Positions 11,201 to 22,999 of a stretch of DNA of 61,234 nt are shown piece by piece. Below the pieces are notes generated by a model. It was not told where the DNA came from, made no database searches, and saw only the letters and a program-made list of their open reading frames with translations. How positions within the stretch are numbered: the first letter of the stretch is position 1; the number at the start of each line of letters is the position of its first letter. The translations under genes were made by a program, and so were the position numbers. Source of the stretch: Octopus bimaculoides (lineage: Eukaryota); the NCBI RefSeq assembly GCF_001194135.2, contig NC_068988.1, positions 931,906 to 993,139 of the forward strand, in the 5' to 3' direction.

Positions 11201-14200
11201 ATGTCAGCACCTGGGTTTCCCCAGCAGTCAGCCATCTTAATTCTAACTTGGCTTGACTTTGGTGACTTGGCAAGAAACCTATTTTTTCAACATGAGGTTT
11301 GATCAGTTGTAGCTGATTAGAGGCAACAGCATCTTACACTCGATGGTCTGCTTGAGAGAGAGAGAGAGGATACCAAACAGTAAAAATCTATTTAAAATAA
11401 TTACTACAAATTAACAATATGTTCAGTCCTTCCTCCCAAATATCATCCCTCTGGAACTCTTTTCCTGCTCCTGTCTTTCTCATTGGTATTGATGTGCACT
11501 GGTTCAGAGGGAACCTTAAACAGCATTGATCTCCCTAGTCTAACAGGGCCTGCAAGCACTGCAGGCTCCACCTCCTCTTTCAGACTTAGTCTAAGGGAAA
11601 ATAAAAAGCATAAATATCGAATTGATAGGTTTCCCCAGAACCTTTTTTTTTTTTTTTTTTTTTTTTTTTTCTTTTTTTAAACATTTATCATGATGGCATG
11701 AAGAGGAAGAAGGAATAAAGGGAGGGAACTGTTTAATCTTGTGCTGGCTAACCCTCTCTAGTGTTGGTGATATCATAAAATGCATCTGGTGAATGTTGAT
11801 TGGTAATAGGGAAGGCAACTGATTGTAAGAATTGTGTGAAGAAAAAGAGACTAACTGAAGAGACCCTAGAATGTTCCTCCAGCACAAAAAGAAATCTGTC
11901 TAGAACAGTAACCCAGAATAAAACCACTGATCCAGGATTGTGAGGGTTTTAGTCCCTAGTGTTGGTAGTGCAATAAGCTACACCTAGCCTATGCTGCAAA
12001 GTTGCTGGTGAGAGTAAATGTATTGTCATTATCAATGCCTTTTGACATCCACTTTTCACTCGCTCGCTCAGCATCTTTCAGTTTCCCTCCACTAAATCCA
12101 GTCACAAGGCTTTAGTTAGCCCAGTGCTATAATAGAAGAGACTTGTTCAAGGTGAAATGCTGTAGGATTGAACTCAGAGCCATGTAATTGGGAAGCAAAC
12201 TTCTTGATCACATAGCTATTTCTCTATGTAAGATGAGGGCAGCACATTGCCTTAGATTTTGATAAAGGAACGAAAAACTGGAAATGAAGTATTCCTGCCA
12301 CCATGTATGTCACTTCTCTTTTTTTTTAATCTTCTAGTCAGGAGGGGAGACAGTGTCCATGGCCTTTTGCAGGGCTTTCAGGCTGGTAAGAAGAAGGTAT
12401 CTACAAACTGGATACCTGCCCCAGATGCTGGATGCCCTTCCTATATAAAAAAAAATTCAGCAAAATGGTTGGCATTAGGAATGTCCTCTAGCTACAGAAA
12501 TCCTACCAAAGTAGACCATAGCTCTTTGGTTTTCTGGTTACTCAACTGTGATACTTATGTATCCACATTGTTTGAATTTATCATGGCTCTTGTCATAGCT
12601 TTGACATTTTCGTGGTAATTCATTTTTAGATTGACTTTGTAGGGTAGGTGTGAAAGGCCAGATCTAGCCAGTTTCAATGTAAAACAGGTTGAATGTCTGG
12701 ACTGGATATGGCTGGTTTGAGTGCTAAAGGGTTAGAGCATGACACAGTCCTTAGACCCATTGGATCCTATCAAAACCGTCCAACCCTTTCCAGCAAGGAA
12801 GCTGAATGTTAAAAGAGCTGGTAAAATCAGCCAAGACAGTTCTGCCGGACTGTTCCTAGATCATCACAAGATACTATGACTAAATTATTTTATTCTGAGT
12901 TCACATGTCTTCTTTTTTTTTTTTTTTTAATTCTATTAAGCATCTATTAACCACAGGGATGGCTGTGTGGTTAAGAAGCTCACTTTGGAACCATGTGCTT
13001 TTGAGTTCAGTCTCACTCTGTGGCACCGTGGGCAAGCCCCAGGCCCAACCAATTCCTTGCGGCTGAATTTGCTAGACAGAAACTCTGGGATATTGGGGTT
13101 GATTTGCTTTGAGGTGGTGCTCCAGCATGGCTGCTGTCCAGTGACTAAAGCATGTAAAAGTGAAGTGAATCAGTTACAAAATAGTTCTAAGGTAAATTCT
13201 CTTGTCCGTCATTTTTATGTATTAATTGCTATTTCAGGCTCGGCTCCATGCCATTCAAGTTGATCCAGGAACTTACTGCAATCCACCATCCTCAACTGAT
13301 AAATTTACAGAGTGGCTCAAGACTTTTGAATTAGAAAATGAGAAGGGATCAATCTCGGAGCTGCTCGTATCAAATGCTAATATTCGAGCCCTTTATACGA
13401 ATTTGGTAAGCATTCATAATAATACGATTTTAATAATTTTTGCTCCAAAACAAAGATTAATCTAATAGCTTAGCTTCATTCAGCTCTTCGTCAGTTCCCC
13501 ACTCATCAGGTAATGCTGAAATACGATATTCCATTAACATAATACAGTTCTATATCTAAGAGATGAGGAATTATTTACATTTGATGGATATTTGTCTTCA
13601 TCTTGTTTGTTGTTAACACAACATTTCAGCTGATATACCCTCCAGCCTTCATCAGGTGTCTTGGGGAAATTTCAAACCTGGGTTCTCATTCCTAAGGTAT
13701 TTTTTGATGTTGTTGTTGTTATTCATGTAACTGCCTGGAATCGAACTTGGAATCTTGGGGTTAGTAGCCTGCACTCTTTACCACTACACCATATGCCCGT
13801 GTTTAGTTGAAGTTTTTTCTAACGGTTGTAATGGATCTATGGGCATATGGTGTAGTGGTTAAGAGTGGGCTACTAACCCTAAGATTCCGAGTTCAATTCC
13901 AGGCAGTGACATGACTATTAATAGTAATAATAATAATAATAATATCGAAAAATAGCTTAGAAATGAGAACCCAGGTTTGAAATTTCCCCAAGACACCTGA
14001 TGAAGGCTGGAGAGTATATCAGCCGAAACATGGTGTTAACAACAAACAAGATGAGGACAAATATCCATCAAATGTTGATCCAAATTCGACGACTGGCACC
14101 CATGCTAACCCCTCCTTCATTGGACACTAAACTCAGCTTGCGAAGACCTGTTGGAGCAAGTGAAATCAAAATCGTGATTGAACCAAATTCGATGACATGC

Positions 14201-15874
14201 TAGTATGGAAAGCGGACATTAAACAATGATGATGTACATTAACATAGTTTGATAATTTTTTTATTCTGTATTACTAATTACAATAATATATTTATGTCTG
14301 CAGGATCCTACATTTTCCCCAACCAAACCACTTGAAAATATCAAGTACAAAGTCTAAGATCAAACATTTTTAGATTTATTTTTGCCACAAGATCTCTTCT
14401 TCAAAAACAGGGAATCAGCTGATGCGAGAGCCTGTCTTATTTACCAGTAAATGCAGTATTTGATTTAATCATTCTTTTTCTCTTTTTCTTTTTCCCCAGG
14501 TTCCCACAACTGTCTCTCACACAGAATTTTGGCATCGTTATTTTTACAAAATCCATCAACTACAACAAGATGAAGCCAGGAAGCTAGCTTTGATGAAAAG
14601 AGCTGATGAATGCAAAGATGATGCGTTTTCTTGGGATGATGGTGTGAAATAGTCTGGTTTTTCTTTAATCAAAATCTTATCCATATCCATGAATCTTTGA
14701 GTTAAAGTGTTTAATGAGTTCTTTTCAATTGTTCATCACTTCCTATAAATCGTTTAAATGTTTTCTCAAATCTAATTGTTGTTTAGCCCTCCCCTCATCA
14801 ACCCTGATCAAGCAGATTTGTGATGAAAAGCATTGCAGTCGTGACCATTCCATCTATTTACGAGTGTCTGAAGTATGTGTCCTCCCTTTTTTTTTTGTTT
14901 AAAAAAAAAAAAAAAAAAAAACCAGTGGGATGTTGTTTGAGGGAAATTTTGCTGCTATTTCTAGCAGGTTGAGCAACTCTGTAGAGGTTCCTTTACTGGT
15001 TCATTTTCTAATCCAATTTGAGTAATTCCCCCTCCTTTTTTTAAAAAAAATCTTCTTCACATTTTCTCAACTTTTCTCCTTTCTCTCATTCCTACTTAAA
15101 TAATCCTCAAATCTTCTCACATTCTTTTTAATTCAATTCTATTTTAATCTACCTTCCTTCCAATGTTTCTTTAATATCTCCTCTCTGCTAATATATACAT
15201 ACATACTTTATATATATATATCTAACAAACTGGGGAAAAGAAATCCTTCAAAGGAGTGTGTTAAACATCCAATTCACTGGTACGTCAGTTGGATGCCAGA
15301 TAAATAAATTAAATATAGAGATATTCTATTAACAAGATTGTAATATAAATAAATTATTGAATGTCAATAGAATATCTCTATATTTAATTTTTATATATAT
15401 TTATATATAAATTCTTTATTTGGTGAATTAAGGCTACCATTGGTTTCATGTTTAGAAGTGTAGGAGAATATCCAAGTACTTTAACAATTTTTCAAGCCAA
15501 TCACATGGGAGAAGGTATTCACCTCCAAAAAGGTACTTGAATATTTTCTTTTACATGAAACCAATGGTTGCCTTAATTCATAAATAAATAAATTATTTAT
15601 CCACCAATACGGTGTTGAGCACACACACACACACAAACACTAGACCCTAGGTTTACAGGTTTTCCCGTTATGACCATCCTCCAGGAATGAATTAACTCAT
15701 ATATCAAGGCATCACTATATTCTTTTACTTGTTTCAGTCATTTGACTGTGGCCATGCTGGAGCACTGCCTTTAGTCGAGCAAATCGACCCCCAGGACTTA
15801 TTCTCTGTAAGCTTAGTACTTATTCTAACATTGGTTGTCAGGTGATGGTGGTGGGGACAAACACGGACAGACAA

Positions 15875-15910
<36 letters not shown>

Positions 15911-16672
15911 GTATATATACGACAAGCTTCTTTCAGTTTCCCCTCTACCAAATCCACTCACAAGCATTTGGTCGTCCCGAGGCTATAGCAGAGGACACTT
16001 GCCCAAGGTGCCACGCAGTGGGACTGAACCTGGAACCATGTGGTTAAACAAGCTTCTTACCATACAGCCATGCCTGTATATAGGACAAGAGAACAGCAAT
16101 TAGATAATCAACTTCATTAGCTTACAGCTGTTTCTGCTATTAGAAGCAGTGCACTCACAGTTGAGTGGTTGCGCATCATCTTCTAACCTCCTCAGAGACT
16201 TTAAAATATGGTGTATGTTTATTTCAGGAAGCATTTCAGTACATAAGGATTACCCTTGAAATGATAAATTTACATAAATAATGCAATACAGTCTGAAAGA
16301 AAAGTTATTCCCCAAAATATGTAGATTTAGATAATCATTTGTATTTACAGTCACGAATAGGGAACATATGTAACTTCATTTGCATAGAAATACATACATT
16401 AATGTACATTTAAACAGTTGCACATACTGGTTCCACATAAAAAGCATTGGTGACGGTGCCGCACAAAAAAGCGCTGGTGATGGAGCTACATCAAAAGCAC
16501 TGGTGCCACATAAAAAGCACCTAGTACACTATGTAAAGTGGTTGGTATTAGGAAGGGAATCCAGCTGTAGAAATCAAAGCCAAAACAGGCAAAGGGACCT
16601 GGTGTGGCTCCTGCCAAGCCATCCAACCCATACCAGCGTGGAAAACAGAGGTTAAATGAAGATGACACAAAT

Positions 16673-16724
<52 letters not shown>

Positions 16725-19700
16725 CATACATACATACATACATACATACACACACACACGCTAATCACATAAAACTTTCTCTATTTGCTTCATTTCTTTC
16801 TAGATCTTTCTTTTAACAGTAGTTCTAACTGTATCCATGCTGAGCATGGATGGGGTGGATTGATTCTACAGATTTGGATATCTGAATGTGGATTGTTTGT
16901 GAAATGATTTTCATAGCCAGGTACTCTTATTGTTCAGCTGTGGAGTAGGAGAGACTCCTGTTTTTCTCAAAGGAAACCTGAGGCAATCAGAGTAATGTAC
17001 TTTGCTAAAAGCATTGACTGGCTGTAACAAGTTTGAGGCTCTTGGTTTTAATCTCAGGTCTGCATTTAATCCTTGGCGGAGAACTAAATGACTAAATGTG
17101 ATTAACTTCACAAGTGGTTTTGTGTAAAAAGATTATACCATTGAAATGTGATGAAAATATTGCTGTAACAACAAATTCCTGTTATGTGGAAATTATTTTT
17201 CCATTGACTTCTATGTTGCATATTAAGGAAGTTTTGAGAAGATAAATAGGGTTTGTTTTACGGAATTCCACTTTACAGCAAGATTTTCTAGGAATGCAAT
17301 GCTTTCATAACATAGAGGAATGCCTATATTGGGGATCTGCTTAATTCATAGGTGCTAACTTGTGTTTGTTTAAAATTCATTTATTAATTCATTTCATTTT
17401 AATTTACTAAACAAAGCAGGAAAAAACATTTCTAAGAATCGTACCATCTGACACCCACATATTTTGAAAATATAATGCTTTATCTTGTTGCAGAGATTAT
17501 AACCTATTTCTTTGAATTATATGTGTGTGTATATATGCTGTATGTTTGTGTATATATGCTGTCAAAAAGTGGAAGCTAGAGATGCTCATTATAGAAAACG
17601 TGTGGTGGTGTTCAAATGATTTGAATTGAAACTCTGAAATCTTTCTATACCTATATGTACAGCATGGGCCAGAATTCAGGACTCGCTTGCTAGTTATATT
17701 CATTAATATGCATATTAAGAAATAAAATAATAAATTTAAATAACAATGAAATATACATATTAAGAAATATAACCGAGTCATTAATTCTGGCCCACCCTAA
17801 GTGTACATAGGTATGTGTATGTTTATACGTAGAAAGTATTTATTGTTCTTAAAAGAATGTTGTAGATAAGTCTCTTGACAAATAAGTTTCACATTCATTG
17901 TTTGCATGATCAGTTAACACTGGGCTTTTGTGTATGTGTGTGTGGTTTGCTTTGTGAAAGCTTGTGGCTCAGTGGTTAGAGTATTCGGCTTATGATTGTA
18001 AGGTCATGAGTTCAGTTCCGGGTGATGCATTGTGTCCTTGAGCAAGTCACTTTATTTCACATTGCTCTAGCTCACTCAGCTGGCAAAAATGTTACCTGTA
18101 TTTCAAAAGGGCCAGCCTTGTCACGTTCTGTATCATGCTGAATCTTCCTGAGAACTACATTAAGGGTATGCATGTCTGTGGAGTACTCAGCCACTTGCAT
18201 GTTAATTTCGTGAGCAGGCTGTTCTGTTGATTGGATCAACTGGGACACTGTTCATTGTAAGCAAGAGAGTTTGCTTTGCGAGAAAAGAACTCTGGGTTAG
18301 GTGTTGAGGGTGGGGTACCAAACACCCAAGTAGTCCTAAAATATTCTCATTTCGAAAACTGGTTATACTTGGAAACCTTTGCATGTGATGATGCCAAATG
18401 TATTACATTGCTTTAATTTATAATTCTGCTGCCAGATGAAGATTGGAGTGCGGATGAAGAGACGGAGGTCATCAATCATTCGACTCTTGCCGAGCTGGTC
18501 GACAACATTGAAGAGGAAGACAGCAATGGTAACACAAAGCAGACGGAGGAGAAAGGGCTGGTTTCCTTGCTACCAGAACCAAAGAGGCATGAGGAAGAAG
18601 AGACTGTGTTTCGTAAAGCTGTGACAGTGGAAGAAGAAATAGGTGCCACTAGAATAGTACCAGAAAATGTTGCTTTGAGTCCAATGGAACAAAGCATAGC
18701 TGAACTCCCTGTTGAAAGCGAAGGTCTGTCCAGCCTCACCCCATCTTCTGTCACCAACTCTGACGATCCCCTCGATCAGCTTCAAGACATTTTTACCACA
18801 AGCACTTTTGTCAATTCAGGTACATTCTTATCATCTCCCTGCTGCATGTGAAAACAACCCCTGTCTTTTGTCTTTGGAAGAAAGTTACCTTGATCTGTAG
18901 CTCCTTATTTAATTCCATGTATTTTGTTTAGTTTTATGTCTATTTTTCCCTCCTAGTATGGGTTAGACTAATTGTGTTTAATAATTACTCCCACCTATTC
19001 TCATCTTGCATGTAACATGGCAACATTGGAGCATAACCATTATTTACATTTGACGGATATTTGTCCTCATCTTGTTTGTTGTTAACACAGTGTTTCAGCT
19101 GATATACCCTCCAGCCTTCATCAGGTGTCATGGGTTCTCATTCCTAAGGTATTTTTCAATGTTATTATTATTCAGGTCACTGCTTGGAATTGAACTCAGA
19201 ATCTTGGGGTTAGTAGCCCGTGCTCTTAACCACTGGGGTGGGCAATTATGGAGTGAATTTTAGGGCTTATAAATCTAATATTTTCCTATCCTAAGCAGAC
19301 CGAGTGCAGATATGTACAGCATATGGGAACCGGTATTAAGGAAGGATAGAAAAATATTAGATTTATAAGCCCTAAATTCACTCCATATGGTGTAGTGGTT
19401 AAGAGCGTGGGCTACTAACCCCAAGATTCTGAGTTCGATTCCAAGCAGTGACCTGAATAATAATAATAATAATAATAATATGGAAAAATACCTTAGGAAT
19501 GAGAACCCAGGTTCGAAATTTCCCCAAGACACCTGAAGAAGGCTGGAGGGTATATCAGCCGAAACATTGTGTTAAGAACAAACAAGATGAGGACAAATAT
19601 CTGTCGAATGTAAATAATGTACATAATTCCTCATCTCTTAAATATAGAACTTGTCAAACCATCCAACCACCCATGTCAGCATGGGAAAAAGGGGCATTGA

Positions 19701-20561
19701 ACGATAAGGATTATCATCATCCTTTATCTTCTCAACACCACATAAAGCCACTTCTCTCTTTACTATACTCCCATTCAGTCGAGAGTGCTCTTTAGTCTTC
19801 CACTAGTACTGGTGCCACAAAAAAAAAACAAACAAAGAAAAAAGGCACTCATACACCCTGTAAAGTGGTTGGTATTAGGAAGGGCATCGAGCTGCAGTAA
19901 CCATGCCACAACAGACATTGGCACACACAATACAGTCCTCTAGCTCATTGGATCTTGTTGAATTGTCCAACCCATGTCTGCAGAGATGAACGTTATATGA
20001 TGCTGAATTAATATCCTACATCTTATGAACATCAACAACATCCCCGATTGACCACATTTAGAACAACAGTGAGAGTGTTCAAAATCCCCTGGTTTTTGGT
20101 TTTCTTTTCCTGATGCCTTCATCTTTTGGCAATATACATCTTTGAAAGATGATAAACACATAATTGGATTATTTTTTCTACCAGTTCTTCCATGCTAGCA
20201 TGGGTTGGATGAGACTTGTGGACATGGTATTTTATGGCCAGGAGTTTTTCTTGATGCTAGCCCTTACTTGTTCCTAAGTAAAACATTTATTTCCTGGGTC
20301 TTTCTCATGACCAATCACTCAATGGTCAGACCAGTTTTTTGAAGCCGATGCCAGCAACAACACCTGCCCCACTGACCAGTGATGACTTTGTTCATGTTTA
20401 ACATATAAGCAGTACCAAGACACACACACAATAGACTTTTCCATGCAGTTTCTGTTTACCAATTTCATTCCTAAGAACTTGGTCAGTTTGAGGGTATGGT
20501 AGAAAGTGCTTACCAATGGTGCCATTCAGTTTTGAAATGAACTTATTAAACAAACTGTCTT

Positions 20562-20592
<31 letters not shown>

Positions 20593-22900
20593 AAGGTTGC
20601 CAGAATTGTTAGTGGGCTGCAGAAAATACCTCGTGGCATTTCATCCAGTCAGCTTACCCGTCCCCTAAAACTGCTGGCCCTGTGCCAAACTTTAAACCCA
20701 TTCATCATCATCATCATCATCGTTTAACGTCCGCTTTCCATGCTAGCATGGGTTGGACGATTTGACTGAGGACTGGTGAAACTGGATGGCAACACCAGGC
20801 TCCAATCTAATTTGGCAGAGTTTCTCCAGCTGGATGCCCTTCCTAACGCCGACTACTCAGAGAGTGTAGTGGGTGCTTTTACGTGTCACCCGCACGAAAA
20901 CGGCCACGCTCGAAATGGTGTCTTTTATGTGCCNNNNNNNNNNNNNNNNNNNNNNNNNNNNNNNNNNNNNNNNNNNNNNNNNNNNNNNNNNNNNNNNNNN
21001 NNNNNNNNNNNNNNNNNNNNNNNNNNNNNNNNNNNNNNNNNNNNNNNNNNNNNNNNNNNNNNNNNNNNNNNNNNNNNNNNNNNNNNNNNNNNNNNNNNNN
21101 NNNNNNNNNNNNNNNNNNNNNNNNNNNNNNNNNNNNNNNNNNNNNNNNNNNNNNNNNNNNNNNNNNNNNNNNNNNNNNNNNNNNNNNNNNNNNNNNNNNN
21201 NNNNNNNNNNNNNNNNNNNNNNNNNNNNNNNNNNNNNNNNNNNNNNNNNNNNNNNNNNNNNNNNNNNNNNNNNNNNNNNNNNNNNNNNNNNNNNNNNNNN
21301 NNNNNNNNCCAACGGAGCATACTGGCTTCATTCCTTGCGAGCTTACGTATGTCCTCAGCAGTTACAGCCCATGTTTCACTGCCATGTAGCATGGCTGTTC
21401 GTACGCATGCGTCATACAGTCTGCCTTTTACTCTGAGTGAGAGTCCCTTTGTTGCCAGCAGGGGTAAGAGCTCTCTAAACTTTGCCCAGGCTATTCTTAT
21501 TCTAGCAGCTACACTTTCAGCACACCCACCCCCACTACTAACTTGGTCGCCCAGATAGCGGAAGCTATCGCCTACCTCTAGTTTTTCACCCTGGAATGAG
21601 ATAGAAGTTGTTTCCTGTTTGTTTACAGTCTTTATTGCACCTGAACATCTGCCACATTATTATTATTAAATGCAATTCCAGTTGTATTGAGTGCTACTTT
21701 CCATACATATACAGTGGCCAGAAAAAGTGTTTATTTGGGTGAAGGCACATGGCTTAGAGGTCAGAGTATTTGGATCCTGATTGTAAGGTCATGAGTTCAA
21801 TTCCCGGCGATGTGTCTTATTTCAAGTTGCTCCAACGTGAAATGAGGCAAAAATGAGTTGTACCTGTAATTTCAAAGGGGCCAGCCTTGTCATGCTGAAT
21901 CTCTCTGAGAACTACATTAAGAGTACGTGTGTCTGTGGAGTGCTCAGCCACTTGTATGTTAATCTCATGAGCAGGCTATTCCATTGATTGGATTAACTGG
22001 GACCCCCATCGTAATAGTTGGAGTACTGGTTATTTGAGTAGAGAATAGTTTATGCAGATATAAAAGAATGCATATACTTGTGTGTGTGTGTGTACATGTC
22101 TGTCACAAATGTCAACTCTTTCATACTTTCTCTCATGGCACAATAACATCATTTACGCTATCTCACTCCATCCACCAAGAGCTGCTTTTAAATTGTTCTT
22201 ATCTCTAACCCTGTCTCTCTTGTGCTTGCTTTTATTTTCCTTTCGTCAAACATTCATTAAACTAATCTTTCTCTTCCTATCTCCATATTGATGTTGCTAA
22301 ATTGTCTTCCCTTGTAGATTCTTCGATTAATGACACATTAGCAGTGATGAAACCATTGACAGAAATTCCTGAATCCAACCTGCTTCCTCCACTCGAGGGT
22401 ACCAATAACAATTCCAATCAGTCCGAAAACGATGACCATATCAACCAAACTGAAATGAGCAGTAAAGAAAGCGAAAACGACGTCCTACTGGAGCCACACC
22501 CCATCGACAACAAGAGCTTGCCTGTGAATGCCAATATGAACTGTGAATGGAAGAGTTTATCTGAGAGTCCTATTTCTTCACTCACTGACTCTTTTAACAA
22601 GTCTAAAGAGTTAAAAACAACTTGTAAAGGAGACATGATAGTGGTCGGTTCTCTGGCTGGGTCGCCCAGTTCCGATGCAAGTGATATAATCAAAGGTAAT
22701 TCTTAAATGTCTATCTTAATTCATCCTTGTCGTAATCATTGTCAGACGTGGCTAAGTGGTAAGAAGCTCGATTCCCAACCACGTAGTTCTGGGTTCAGAC
22801 CCACTGCATACCACCTTGGGCAAGTGTCTTCTAGTTATAGCTTTGGGCTGACCAATGTCTTGTGAGTGGATTTGGTAGGCAGAAACCGAAAGAAGACCAT

Positions 22901-22999
<99 letters not shown>

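Larger units (their letters stand above)
13545..14075. mobile_element. Fold-back pair of Penelope-like terminal repeats with tRNA-like head, locus 1
   Basis: Arm 13545-13798 (-) and arm 13841-14075 (+) are inverted copies around a 42-nt spacer. Each has an A/B-box head, short triplet repeat and hammerhead-like motif. Confidence 0.8.
19038..19650. mobile_element. Fold-back pair of Penelope-like terminal repeats, locus 2, with short ORF end
   Basis: Arms 19038-19292 (-) and 19343-19650 (+). 19309-19368 reads DMYSIWEPVLRKDRKILDL*, upstream of the tRNA-like head. Confidence 0.8.

Noticed and set aside
19385-19455. tRNA gene calls for this and the other tRNA-like heads
   Set aside because: No acceptor stem can be formed, and each runs into a repeat body.
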